From NCBI GenBank assembly GCA_000442015.1, contig KE560729.1:1-49722 (forward strand): a stretch of 49,722 nt of DNA. Direction: 5' to 3'. A program made the translations under genes and the position numbers. Below the pieces are notes generated by a model that was not told the DNA's origin, did not search any database, and was given only the letters and a program-made list of their open reading frames with translations. This document shows, one piece after another, positions 1 to 12,984 of this stretch (its first letter is position 1; each line of letters opens with the position of its first letter). This stretch comes from Rozella allomycis CSF55 (lineage: Eukaryota).

Positions 1-2246
1 CATTCTGATTTGGAGGAAAATTGGCATTTATTTTCAAAGAAATTTACACTTTTAAACGAAGAGTATAAAGTGATGTCAAAGAATGTTGAAATGATGATTC
101 ATGTTGTGCTAAGAAGAAATAAAGTAGAGAAAATGATTCAAGTATAAAAATTAACAAAGAAATAAAAGGCTTATCCTGAACAAAGGAAGGAATTGTTCTT
201 CAACTATATTGAAGAAGAAATGAAACATAAAGACACCAACTTTGTAAGAAATCTCTTTGAGATTTTGGTTGCTGAATTTTGTCTGGTTGTTGAAGTGTGG
301 ATGAAATATTTAAAATTTTTGGTATATTTTCAATAAGAATTAAATAAATTAGCGGCTAAACTTGTGTGTTGAATCTGTTGTGAGTGTGATAAGTTGGAGG
401 GCTTGTAGGAATTGTACGTGGTCTTCTATGGTTTGGATTGAGCATTTACATTTTATGGTACAGCATTTACATAAAATTTATAGGAATTGTTTAAAAAGGA
501 TTTTAATTTGATTGTTGAAGAGTATGAAAGGAGTGTCCAGATTGGTTATTCCAATCCTCTGGAGTATTTGGAAATTTCGTTGTGTATTCTTGACATATTC
601 CATCGATATTCTAAACAAGGTTTGACAAGTGATTTTGAATTGTTTGATAAATTGGCTTTAAAGGGATTAGATATTCAAAGACAAATTGATCCAAATGATT
701 TAAGAATTTATTTTATTTATGCTTTTACTTTTGCTTCACATGATTTTAATAAAACAAGATCCATTCTAGAGCAAGCATCAAGGGAACATTCAAAGAATTA
801 TTTATTTTGGCTGAAATACGCAGAGATGGAAAAGTAAAAGTTTAATTCTTAAATAATAAAGAAATTTTGGTGAAATTAAAAAAGTTTCGTCGCTGTGTAA
901 GAGGGCCATTGTTGCCATTCATGACAGCAGCGTTAATTACATTTATGAAGCTTACCTTGAATTTGAAAGATTTTATGGCGATATTTCATCATTTTATGTC
1001 GCGTTTGATAAAATTAATAATGATAAACTTTACAAACAANTTCGCTGTTTAAGAGGGCCATTGTTGCCATTCATGACGGCACCGTTAATTACATTTATGA
1101 CGCTTATCTTGAATTTGAAAGATTTTATGGCGATATTTCAACATTTTATGTCGCGTTTGATAAAATTAATAATGATAAACTTTACAAACAACAATTTCAA
1201 GTTGAGCCAAAGGAATCTCCTGTTGAGCAGCCAATGATGAACACGCTGGTTGAATCTAAAACTGAAAAAAGAAAACATTCAGATCTTGATGAATCTAGAT
1301 CAATTAAAAGAAAAAGTAACAAATTCTTTGTTTGTTAAAAAGAACAAGAAAAACCAAATCAACGCACCGTTTTCCTGTCAAATTTGGATTACAATGTTAA
1401 TGAAGAAGAAATAATTAATGCTTTAAAGCAAGTAAACAAATTCATTAAAATTCAAAGTGTGGTGAAATTCAAAGTGTTAGAATTGTTNGTCTTTGTTTGT
1501 TAAAAAGAACAAGAAAAACCAAATCAACGTACCGTTTTCCTATCAAATTTGGATTACAATGTTAATGAAGAAGAAATAATTGATGCTTTAAAACAAGTAA
1601 ATAAATTCATTAATATTCAAAGTGTGGTGAAATTCAAAGTGTTAGAATTGTTACAAATGAGAATGGTAAATCAAAAGGATACGCTTACGTTGAATTTGAT
1701 TCTTCAGAGTCTGTTGAATTAGCTTTGAAATTAGATAAAACGGACTTAAACGGAAGGCCAATGTTTGTTAGTCCTTATCAAAGAAAGTCAACTAGTCAAG
1801 AAACTTCTACAAAGAAAGAAGACAGAAAAATTCTATACGTTAATAAACTTTTAAAAAGCACGACTAAGAAAGATTTGGAAGAGTTCTTTTCTTCCTATGG
1901 GCCCAATAAGGTTCGCTTAGTGTGTGAAAAGGATGGATCTTGCAAAGGTTTTGCTTACGTTGAATTTAACGATCATGTAATCCTTTTTAACTTTAATTTA
2001 TTAAAGGAAACTGCTGCTAAAGCTTTGGATGCTCATAACAAGGAATTTCTAGGCGCGAGAATTCATGTTGCTTTTTCAAATCCTCCCAAGCAGAAGAAAG
2101 TATCCGGTAATCAAGAAGTAGAAAGCAAGCAACTTACAATGATGGTTCCTCACTCTGCAAGAAAAAAGACTTCAAAAGATAACGCAACATTAAACTCTCC
2201 AAAATCTAATGATGATTTCCGTAGCATGTTATTTAATTCTAAATAA
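1..2246 (+). CDS. SART3: SART3/Prp24-like U4/U6 recycling factor (HAT repeats + RRMs), 5'-truncated, multi-exon, with N-flanked assembly duplications
   Basis: Spliced translation gives HAT-like helices (WRACRNCTWS), RRMs with RNP1 motifs (KSKGYAYVEF, CKGFAYVEF) and the C-terminal Lsm-binding motif PKSNDDFRSML. Introns are 26-31 nt. Confidence 0.85.
889..1191 (+). repeat. ~151-nt direct duplication flanking N1040 (assembly/haplotype overlap)
   Basis: 889-1039 and 1041-1191 are nearly identical, with several substitutions. Confidence 0.85.
1324..1652 (+). repeat. ~164-nt direct duplication flanking N1488 (assembly/haplotype overlap)
   Basis: Near-identical copies on either side of the N. Confidence 0.85.
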
Positions 2247-2760
2247 ATTAACTTAAATTTTGTAATCTACTTTGCTACATTGAATTTCTGTTTTTGTCAA
2301 TTCTATTCATAGAAATGAAGGGGCTAATTATAGATTGCGACCAATGAAATTTGAAACAATCTATATTTAAGAAAACACGAGGTAGCCCCTTATCCTCATG
2401 AAACTAGAGACCATGCGTCTGTTAATTTCTTTCGTGCTTGGTACAGTTTTTGTCAACGCGACCACTAGTACCGCCAGCAACAACAACTCAACCAGTGCAT
2501 CTGTTTCTCTAACAGCACCAACATCTACCATCACAGGTACATCTCCAACTTCATCGACATCAACCAATTCAACAACAACGGCGACAAATCTACCAGCATC
2601 ATGCAAGGTCAAATCAATCAGAAAGGAAATTCGGGATCTCACTCCCAGCGAACTCAAGCAGTTCACCGACGCCATCCTCAAGATCAACACACAAGGCATA
2701 GTGGACACCTTTGCCTACCTCCACGACACGCAATCGCACAAGATCCACAACACAGCAATN

Positions 2761-3523
2761 TTTCTTTACTTCAATTGATGAAAGGAAACTGCTGCTAAAG
2801 CTTTGGATGCTCATAACAAGGAATTTCTAGGCGCACGAATTCATGTTGCATTTTCAAATCCTCCCAAACAGAAGAAAGTATCCGTTAATCAAGAAGTAGA
2901 AAGCAAGCAACTTACAATGATGGTTCCTCACTCGGCAAGAAAAAAGACCTCAGCAACATTAAACTCTCCAAAATCTAATGATGATTTCCGTAGCATGTTA
3001 TATAATTCTAAATAAATTAACTTAAATTTTGTAATCTACTTTGCTACATTGAATTTCTGTTTTTGTCAATTCTATTCATAGAAATGAAGGGGCTAATTAT
3101 AGATTGCGACCAATGAAATTTGAAACAATCTATATTTAAGAAAACACGAGGTAGCCCCTTATCCTCATGAAACTAGAGACCATGCGTCTGTTAATTTCTT
3201 TCGTGCTTGGTACAGTTTTTGTCAACGCGACCACTAGTACCGCCAGCAACAACAACTCAACCAGTGCATCTGTTTCTCTAACAGCACCAACATCTACCAT
3301 CACAGGTACATCCCCCACTTCATCGACATCTCCCACTTCATCAACGGCCACAACTCTACCAGCATCATGCAAGGTCAAATCAATCAGAAAGGAAATTCGT
3401 GATCTCACTCCCAGCGAACTCAAGCAGTTCACCGATGCCATCCTCAAAATCAACACACAAGGCATAGTGGATACATTTGCCTACCTCCACGACACGCAAT
3501 CGCACAAGATCCACAACACAGCA
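2761..3523 (+). repeat. Near-identical copy of ~1984-2759 (SART3 3' end + tyrosinase 5' end) joined at N2760; probable haplotype overlap
   Basis: Direct duplication abutting a single N, with scattered SNPs and small in-frame indels. The first tyrosinase copy (2398-2759) stops exactly at the N. Confidence 0.85.
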
Positions 3524-4408
3524 ATGTTCCTTCCATGGCACCGACACTTTATCAACAAATTCGAGCAGGAGCTGCGCAAAGTGAATGCCAACGTCACACT
3601 TCCATACTGGGACTGGTCCCTCGATGCAGCGCATCCCGAAAAGAGCCCCATCCTCTCCTCCAAGTACATGGGCAGCTCGTCGCAGGGCGGGTGTATTCCC
3701 GACGGACCATTCAAAAACTTTACCGTCAAGGGAAACTGTGTCAAGCGAACGTTTAATCCGAATCCGCCAAAAACAATAACGACGTTCCATTCAACGTCCC
3801 TGCTCGGTGAGCTGATCAGAAAGAACTATACGAGCTACGATGAATTCAGAAGCGCGATTGAAGGATCTCCACATGGTGTGCCGCATACGTTTATTGGCGG
3901 GGACATGTCTACGATGCGATCTCCAGCGGATCCCTTGTTCTACTTGCATCATGCTTTTATTGACAAACTGTGGAATGATTTCCAGCAGGAAAATAACAAA
4001 CAGTTTCTGAACAAGTATGTGTCCGATCCAAAGTCTGCTCAATTGATCGGATATACGGGTGTTAATGTTGCCGATGTTTTGAACCTGGAGAGCATGTGTG
4101 TCCAGTATGTTATGGCTGGCGCGATTGTTGATTCACCGGATTCTATTACATGGAATGTTCCTGCACCAGCACCGTTGGATGATGACTGGCTCAAGATTAA
4201 CCACATGAACTCTACGGAAGTGAGGAAACAGGAAACTGAGATTAAGCAAATGCAAAATAAGGTTATTGAAGATGGAAAGAAGGGAAATATTCCACCTGCA
4301 CCTGGTTATAACGACACGTACAAAAAAGATGAAACTAACAGCGGAGTGTCTTTTGAAACATCATTAGGGTTAGCTCTATTGATTGGATTTGTGCTAAACT
4401 TATTCTAA
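3167..4408 (+). CDS. Secreted tyrosinase (type-3 copper protein) with Ser/Thr-rich linker and hydrophobic, GPI-signal-like C-terminus; intronless
   Basis: Signal peptide; CuA H..H..FLPWHR; LPYWDW; CuB PHGVPH..DPLFYLHH; C-terminal SLGLALLIGFVLNLF. Confidence 0.92.
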   Translation: MKLETMRLLISFVLGTVFVNATTSTASNNNSTSASVSLTAPTSTITGTSPTSSTSPTSSTATTLPASCKVKSIRKEIRDLTPSELKQFTDAILKINTQGIVDTFAYLHDTQSHKIHNTAMFLPWHRHFINKFEQELRKVNANVTLPYWDWSLDAAHPEKSPILSSKYMGSSSQGGCIPDGPFKNFTVKGNCVKRTFNPNPPKTITTFHSTSLLGELIRKNYTSYDEFRSAIEGSPHGVPHTFIGGDMSTMRSPADPLFYLHHAFIDKLWNDFQQENNKQFLNKYVSDPKSAQLIGYTGVNVADVLNLESMCVQYVMAGAIVDSPDSITWNVPAPAPLDDDWLKINHMNSTEVRKQETEIKQMQNKVIEDGKKGNIPPAPGYNDTYKKDETNSGVSFETSLGLALLIGFVLNLF

Positions 4409-4470
4409 AAGTGTGTGCTGGAATAATTCAACGATCAATAATCAATAAATTTTAATAATCAATTTATATT

Positions 4471-7428
4471 TCAACTTAAATGAAAGCCAGCTTCACTGTT
4501 AATTGCATACAAGAGTTTTCCTTTTAACACAGATTTAGAAGTGTATCTAGGCAATTTGAGGAGATTGAAACAAGTGCTGCTGGATGGCAGCCTATCGTCT
4601 GTCCCGGTAGATTGAATACCAAATTTTGGTTCCAACTGAGAAAATCCCAATAGAGGAGGTCTTGGACAGCTAGTGACAAATTTTAAGACTTTTCTTTTTT
4701 CAACTTCGCTCATTTCACTGATGATTTCCCAGAATAGTTTTATTGTTGGATCCTCATGGCCCAGCTGTGAATAATCGCCTTGATAGACGCAATGTTTTTT
4801 CCAATCATTTAAATCTATTGGTGTTGTTGTTCCAGATAATAAAAGTTGCAATTCAGATTGAGTGAAGATCTTTAACCATTCAAGACTGACTAGATTTGAT
4901 AGACCATCAAGGAAAGCCAAAGTTTGATGTCTAATTTGATTATTTAATTTTTCATTTGCTAAAAGATAAATGTAATTTAAGCGATTGTCATTTGTGACTG
5001 AAATTTCTGAGCCGTTGGGGATTAAATTTTTTGAACTATTGAAATTCAAATCTTTTATTAACCTTAAATAGAGTTTACCATCATCAGCAATAGAAAAAGT
5101 TAAATTTAAATCTTCAACGTTACCCTTGTAATCACGAAGAAACAATAAATTTTTGTACAAATCTTGATCTAAAAGAGCTAAATCATCAACTAGACATTTA
5201 ATATAAAACTTTTAATTACATGAAATGTGTTTTCCAATCCATTTAGCGATGAAGAATCTAACAAAGGGAACATCAATGAGAATTCTATCACATAAAGCTT
5301 TTCCAATGACGCGACCAAGAAAAGAAAAAAGAGTTAAATAATCATCTATTGTAATAAACTTTAATTATTTAATACCATGAGAAGAAAATGAATTATTGTT
5401 TGGATAAACTTGTCCTAGATGATTTACCTTGAATAATCCATAGTTTGGACTTAGAGCAATTTTTAAAAGATTGTTTAGAAATTCCTTGTAAAGACCCCCA
5501 CCATCAACGCCTTCTTCAACTTGTTGGAATTCATCAAGAAAAGAAATTCGAATTTTTTGTTTCCATTTGTGGCCAAGAGAATTCATTTGCTGGAATCCAC
5601 TTTCAAATTCATTCCCACGTTGAATATTAATACGTGGACCCATGAATACTCCATACTCGTTCACATCAGCAGCAGAGTAGGCACTGTTTATTATTAAATG
5701 AAATTGTTACTCTTCTTCTACTAGAGAATAGAATAGTTTAATTCTTTCATGGAAATCAAAGCAATAAGGGATTGATTGAAGCATTTTAGTTAACCATTTC
5801 TTTTGACACTCAATGTCATCAGAAGGATAATAATTAGGATTAAAATCAATAGTTTTTAACAAAGGGAAAGATGAAAGTCTAATTTTATCTGATCTCCAAT
5901 GAAATTCTGGACAAAAGTTTAATCTTTGACTAGAATTTCAAATTTAATCAAATTGTTACTCTTTATCATTAATTTGATCTAATAGTTTAAACAGGGGTGT
6001 GAATTGAGAACTTTTATTAAACTCTTCAAATTCATAAATCTTCTGTAAGAAATAATTAACAGCGATATTCTTTAAAAGATTTAAATATTTTTTACTTTGA
6101 GATTATCAGAAATAAAGATTAAATCTTTAATCTTCTCTTCATCTTTAAGTAATTCATTGTCTGACATTACGTAAAGTTGTGAACTTTGAATTTCACAAAG
6201 AAGAATCAAAGCAGAACTTGTATTTGAATTTTTAGTTAAATATTCTTTCAATGAACTTGAAATACTTTTAAACAATGACAATTTTCTCGTCAAAGTGGAA
6301 AACAAGAGTTGATTTAAAGATTTCAATTCCATCAACAATTCACATGCGCATTCAGTAAATTCTTTTTCATAAAAACAATCAAAAATTGTTTCAGCAAATA
6401 TTAAAGAAGATGCACAATCCAATAAAATTTTTGATTCAGTTTCATTCAAATCAATCGCATCATCAAAATCAACATTTTCTTCTTCAATTTGATTTTGGCT
6501 TTTTATTGATTTTATGCAACACAAAATAGAAACCAAATAATTTCCCTTTTCCTTCAAGGTAGCAAATACTTTATCTTTCAGCTTTAAAAGATTCAAAAGT
6601 AAAATTTTATTATCCTTCTCTGAAATCATTGATATTTTAGGTATAAAAATATAATCTTGGATTTGCTTTAAAGTTTCTGCTTCAAATATATCCTTTTCAC
6701 ATAAAATCTCGTTCGTATAAATTTCATGAAATTTCTCATTTTGATTAGATCTAACAAAATCATTCAACAATTGCCCAAAGAATTCTTTTGTTTCCAAATG
6801 TTCAGTTAATTTAAATATTTTACAAAGATTTTTAAAACAATCAACATCATTTGACATTCTTGCTTTGACATTAGGGAATCTCTTTGACATTTGAACAATG
6901 AATGACACTCCCACATCAGATAATTCTTTATTATTCGTGTTCGATTTGCTATCAGTGCATGTTAAATTCAACACAAATTTGACGAAATTAAATAATCCTT
7001 TTGTTGTTAAATTGAGAGACTCAATCCCTTGTATAATTCAAACTTGAAAAATTACCATTCAAAGCAGCTTGACATAGCCCAAACACTATTCCAATAGCTT
7101 CTTTATCATCCTTCAAAACACCACGACAATAATTAAATCTCAAAATGCTCAAATTCACATCACAACATTGAATTTCCCTAAACAGCGTTTCAGCCATTCC
7201 CCTCTTTTCCTTTTGTTTTTTATTAAAAGATCTATAAAGATTCTCATAAATATATCAGCTATTTGTTACTTGAATGATTACAGCTGATCTTTGTCGGTTT
7301 CGCTCTTGTTCACGTTGAAAGCGACCCTCTAGGGCATTATTTAGTGTTTCACATCTATTGTATTTGGGTTTTACGCCACCCAAGGAAATCTCTCGTTTGG
7401 ACTTAAAATTTCCAGTGAAATGGAACAT
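4471..7428 (-). CDS. HECT E3 ubiquitin ligase, UBE3B/UBE3C/Hul5 family
   Basis: N-terminal MFHFTGNFKSKREISLGG and IQ motif; HECT motifs EEGVDGGGLYKEF and RLPSSSTCFNLLKLP (catalytic Cys); 8 introns. Confidence 0.9.
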
Positions 7429-7590
7429 TCAAAATCACAAATTTCCCAATTCTATTTCCAGGTGACAATGGGATTGAAAGAGAAGATACTTACAAACTGA
7501 ATTGAGACAGTATAATGAAATTAAATATTTGCAAATACATAAAGTTTCACACCATATTATAAAATCGAATAGAATCGGAAAAGGTATTTA

Positions 7591-10177
7591 TTAAAGAGGT
7601 TCTACACTGGCTGATTGAAAAAAGAATGTGCTGGCAGACATGCTCATATTACCTTGGCTTATAATATCATCATCTTGAGATTCCAAATTAAACACTCTAA
7701 GGTGGTCATTGTCAATTGTCCAATTGTTGTTTGATGCATGCAATAAATGAATATATGTGCATATCCCTATTAATTAAACCGAAAATTCATTTACTGGCCA
7801 ACTCTTCAATTGACAATTTGTCACAATCACTTTCAATTTGCGCTTGCTTATAAAACCTTCTCTTCATTCTTGTAGTGGAAAAGGGAATAATGTTATTCAG
7901 ATATTCATCAAACATTTTAATAGATAAACAACCCTGGTTTGCAAAATCATATTTTTTCAATCTAAATGTAAACTTTGAAAATTGATTAATGAAATTACAA
8001 ATGCATAGTTGGAATCTTTGTTGGTTATCGTCAATTCTCTAAAGAAATCAATGATATGATTTTTGCTTATTTTTCCGGCGCCAACGCCTTTAGATGAACT
8101 TAGAAGCATTAATTCCATTTGATCATAATCTTCCTTCAAACGCCCTGGATAAACTATTGAAAGAAAATCTTTTAGTTTTCGGGAATCATCAACATTGTAT
8201 TTTGATAGATAGTTTGAAATCAATCGAACGTATTTCCATGAAACTTCATCAGTGCCTGCAAAGAAACGAAGAAAAGAATAGATTTCCTATTTTTTAATTG
8301 AATTGAATCTCGTTTACTGAGTTTTGAAATTCTTCCTTTTGGAAAACTAACAAAAGATCATGAATAACTGACAATGCGATTTCTTCTTGTATGTATCGCT
8401 TGAAATAAAAATCATACACAAATTTCTATTTCTTCTATTATTATTAATTACTCTGAATGGGATCATTCCAAAATCATTGTCACTTTTATCATGAAGTAAA
8501 TCTTCTTTCCATCTTGCACTCAAAAGTTCTTCAATCTTATCCAAAGCAGATGATAAGGCAATTTCTCTAACAGCCAATGGTTTGAATCCCCCTCTTTCCA
8601 AAAATTCATTCCAAACTATTCTCATTTCCTCTGAAATCTATCCCATGTCTCCTATATTATTACTGAATCATCTTCAGGGATATCAGGATGTCTTTTCAAT
8701 TCATAAATTTCACTTTCTTTGATCACCCTAACATCCTTAATCTTTAGTGGTGGCTGAATAAACTTTAAATGGGTCGCTTTATCAGGCAGTGCAACAATCT
8801 TGTCATGATACACAATATGCGGGCACATTGAGATGCGATCATTGCATTTCTTACAAAAATCAGATTTCAATGATCTAAACGATGTTGCATTATCTGTTGA
8901 AACATAAATCTTTTGAAAACTAAATGCATTCCAGATACCTTGATTGAATATTTCTTCAACGCTTCATCAGTCTTTCTCATTACAGTTGTATGGTCAGCAT
9001 CTTGAATAATTCTCTCTTTCATTTTCAGCAAATATTTTTGATGAGAAACTAACAATTCTTGTTCGTCTCGCAATTCTCTAATCTTCTTTTTAAAATTCTC
9101 TACTAAATCTTCTTCCTGATTAATTCATTCAAAATATGCTTACTTCTCTTTGAAAAGAATTGGCATTCATTTCTATTGATGTCATTTCATCTAAAATGCT
9201 CTTCTTTTGAGAAATAACGTTCAGTTCCTGTTCATATTCATCCAACTGTGTATTCAACAATTCGCCAATCTGGTGATTCATTTTAAACGTTTCCTTCAAA
9301 TCAAATTCAGTTAAATCTAACGCATTGATACTAAGTGTCTTGTCCTCATAAATAAACTTGTCTATTGCTTTAATTATTCGTTTATTACCGTTATCTTTGG
9401 TATCAACAAAATCTCCGTTTGGTTTAAAAACTGATAATTTTTCAACAGCGCTTCTAGCCTCCTGTAATGATCCCTTAAATAGTTTGACAATCCAACTTAC
9501 CTTCAATTGGTTAATTTCAAATTGGTATTGATTCTCCTTTGATGATTTCTCCTTGTTAAAGTGTTCATTCTCGTAAATCTTTTTATCCAATTTTTCTTCC
9601 AAATCCAAAATCAAGTTTTTCATTTTTATATTTTCTTGCTCATGACGCAGCGCTTCTTGCCTCAATTATTTAACACAGATTGTTTTACTTTAGTGACATG
9701 CTTCTCTTATTTAGCATCATGATATCTTTCTCTCTAAATTTTAATTTCCTTGTTAATTCATTAATTTGTTCTTGCATCTCTTTGCTCTCATCAGATCTGT
9801 GACAGTATTTCAATTTTCATACTCTTGTTGATTCGCCCGCGCGGATACTACGTAATGGGGTATTCTCTGAAACTTTGATTGATTATAATTGGTAGTAGTA
9901 AATAAGTTGGAATACACAGATCTATACAATTCATCTCTTATAATTGTCAAAACACTCTTCAATGCTCCAGAATATCCAATTATATCATCTAATTTTTTAT
10001 ATTCTATTCTAATACCGAGAGCTGAAAATGTTTCTTCTGTTCTTTGAATGCAAGGCGAGTCAGGAAACTTTACAAATGTTTCACGCAGTCTCATTTCCTG
10101 CTGCAAAACTGAAACATAAATGTATTTAAATTACTGTTAGATTTTGAATTCTTCTTCTTGTTGTCTTCAAAAATCAT
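7591..10177 (-). CDS. Coiled-coil protein, TSNAXIP1-like (putative flagellar)
   Basis: A continuous spliced ORF over ~12 short introns. The N-terminal segment (EETFSAL..IIGYSGALKSVLTIIRDELY) followed by coiled coil resembles TSNAXIP1_N. Family call is from memory only. Confidence 0.55.
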
Positions 10178-10228
10178 ATGGCAACCAAAATGTAAACATT
10201 CCTGTTCAATGTGACAGCGCCACTGTTG

Positions 10229-10905
10229 ATGGCTCTAAAGTTATATTTTCATGCAGACTTGGTGTATACAAAAGATGCAGAATATGTTAAAGTTTTGGAA
10301 AGAGATGGATTTGGTAAAGGTGTAAAATCACGTTCAAAAACCACGCAAGAACAAGGTAAACTACTTTTAGAGGAGAAATAGAAACACTTCAGCTAAGTCG
10401 CGAGGAAACTATATACCTTTTAAAGAATGGCAAAGCTGAATTACTTACTACAGATAACAAAAACATACAAATGGAAGAGATCTGGTCGAAATTTGTGAAT
10501 AATGATCCAGATTTTATTTACAAGTACAGAGTTTTTGAATATCTGAGAGATGAAGGCTTGATTGTAAAGTCTGGATTGAAATATGGAGCTAATTTTGGTA
10601 ATGCGCATTGAAAATCATAATCGTGGCGTATACTGATTCTATTGAGAAGGTGCATTCGAAATATGTAATATTGATATGCAAACAAGGAGATGATATTGAT
10701 TTTGTACAGCTGTTATGTTGTCAAAGAGTTGTTTCACAGGTACGAAAGGTAAAGATTAGCGAAATTCGTTTTGTAGACACTCTTGTTGGCGTTGCCTCGA
10801 ATTAAGGGAGACTGCAGTGTTAAGACACTCCAAGATCTAAATACTAATATTAATGTGGAACTCGTTGAGGCTAAACGATGGCTACCCCAGAGGACTCGTC
10901 AATAA
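10229..10905 (+). CDS. SEN2: tRNA-splicing endonuclease catalytic subunit, Sen2-like
   Basis: GFGKGVKSRS, YRVFEYLRDEGLIVKSGLKYGANF-VAY..HSKY, RVVSQVRKTLLL and C-terminal RWLPQRTR. Requires the non-AG intron 10598-10623. Confidence 0.85.
10598..10623 (+). other. Non-canonical GT-CG intron (26 nt) in SEN2
   Basis: TTT G|gtaatgcgcattgaaaatcataatcg|TG GCG TAT restores GLKYGANFVAY. There is no in-phase AG before the catalytic Tyr/His. Confidence 0.75.
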
Positions 10906-10982
10906 TACAGATTTTGAATTATAGAATAGATACTACGATTAAAGTCCTTATGTAATAAATGTTTTGAATTAAATACAATTTA

Positions 10983-12541
10983 TTAATCATCAANAACTAT
11001 GCAGTTCTGCTGAGTATTAGATTTCCTCTTAAAGTGTTTCAGGATACCGCTATCCAGTTTAGGTTTCTTGGAATTTTTCTCATTCAAATCAGTTTTAACA
11101 TTTGACTTTGAGGGTGTGACTTGAGTGATGATCTCAATATCAGAATCATCGCTTTCGACTGCGCTATTGTTTTTCTGTAAGACTTTATCCCAAACAGAAT
11201 GCTTCCCTTGCCCCTTTTCAAAGTTTGTAAATGAGATTGCAATTCTTCTACAAGGCAACAAACTCTTTAGATCAACTGAAGATTTTATAAAATGACAAAC
11301 TTTATCTGCAATCAATGACGCTTCATTGTTCACAAGTAAATTCTTGACTGGAATTGATTTTGATCTTGGCGAAGTAAAATCTTTCGTATATTGAATCTAT
11401 TAAAATAATTGAAGTTTATTACGGTCAAAGTTTTAGGGAAAATCCCATGAAATTCTAAAAATAGTTCTTTCCATCTTTCAGATATTTCAAGCGCCAAAAT
11501 TCTAATCCAGCCCATCAAAACATCTTCTTTCTTTACAAATTCAGTCAATGCTTTTGCTGACATTATTGACTTTGGAAAAGATTTCTTTTCAATCTCACTG
11601 TGAATGTCACCACGAATGTATTTGTAGATCCATTCAACTGTCTCATCATCAACAGACAATGAATTTTTAAGTTCCTCAAATGATTTATCCAAAATAGATG
11701 ATACATTTTCTCCAAGCAGCGAAATCTTTTTACCAAGTTTTCCACCCAAGCCAGGCAAGGCATGAACAGGAATATGTCTAAGAAAATCAACTCGTTTCTC
11801 ATAGCGTATGATGGTTTGTTGATCAGGCTTGTTCGCAGCAGACCCAATCTTTGCTAACATTCTGGAATGACTAACCCCAGTACTACAAGTATAGCCAAGT
11901 TTATCAAAAAGAAGCTTTCTTATGTATTGTCCAAATTTAGCGCCTTCATGCAATCTCAAATCATTCCATGAGCTACACATTAACACTTTTTCATACTCTT
12001 CGTCGCCCTTGAAGAATTTTGAACAGTGTTCACCAAAATGTCCAAGATCATTCCAATCCATGCTACCAACAGCTTCGAGTAAGTCATTTGAATACTGTTC
12101 GCAATTTTCTGATAATTTTTGATGCACAAGTTCTGTAACATCCAAGTAAACTTCATCAATGGAAGCTTTTTCAACTATAATCCTATTATCAATATTTGAC
12201 AGTAATGATATAATATCTTTGCTCGCTTTTCTATAAGGATCCAAACTAATTTTATGCTTATTTCTATCTGGTGATCCTTCCACATAAAATGGTTGCCAAC
12301 TATCCACGTTTTCAGGTGAAACAACAGCACAGTGGACAAGTTTCAAGTCTGGACATGCTTCAAGAGCTTCAGTGACCGACATGTGTCTTTGAACACCATT
12401 CTTTCTCGCTGCGTAGTTGACAGCGATTAAAGATTGCCACTGTTGAACTGCCAGCGGTGTACTTGAAGGTATTTGTAATCTTAGTTGCTCAACTTGGCAA
12501 TAGAAACAATCCAAATCAAGATGGATGATAATAGGAAGCAT
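10983..12541 (-). CDS. RAD30: Y-family DNA polymerase eta
   Basis: IIHLDLDCFYCQVE, AVQQWQSLIAVNY, EKASIDEVYLD, KPDQQT; one 26-nt intron near 11397-11422. Confidence 0.92.
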
Positions 12542-12627
12542 TGGTACTTTTTAGATTCAAAATTTCTACAGGCTGAAATTTACAACATCTTTGACGTCAT
12601 GACGATTTAAATTGTGTTATTTATGAT

Positions 12628-12951
12628 TTAACGTTTTATTTCAAATTTTAATGATGCAGATTCTACTGTCAAAAGTGGCCCAAATTCAGCCTTTTCTATT
12701 TTCGAATTTGGACTGCCAATATTTTGCAACCATTCTTTCCTAATTAAATGTCATCTAATTGTCTACATTTGTTCTACTTTGTTTTTCGGACCAATTAATT
12801 CACCCACTACAGTTCCCCCTGGAGTGTTCATACAAAATCCTCCCAGTTTCAATTCTTTTGCTTTAATAGCAGTGAATTTTCTAAAGTAGACACCCTGCAC
12901 CTTGCCATATATGGTAAACGTTGATTTAACAAAATTTTGCTCCGCTGTCAT
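12628..12951 (-). CDS. Acylphosphatase
   Basis: GKVQGVYFR motif, N-T-x-x-G-T-V, second exon KEWLQNIGSPNSKI; one 27-nt intron. Confidence 0.92.
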
Positions 12952-12984
12952 ACGTGTAAATTTAAGAATTAATAACATTACGAA

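Noticed and set aside
2398-2778. Second tyrosinase gene or true tandem duplication
   Set aside because: It is truncated exactly at an N and follows the same pattern as five other N-flanked overlaps, so it is most likely an assembly artefact.
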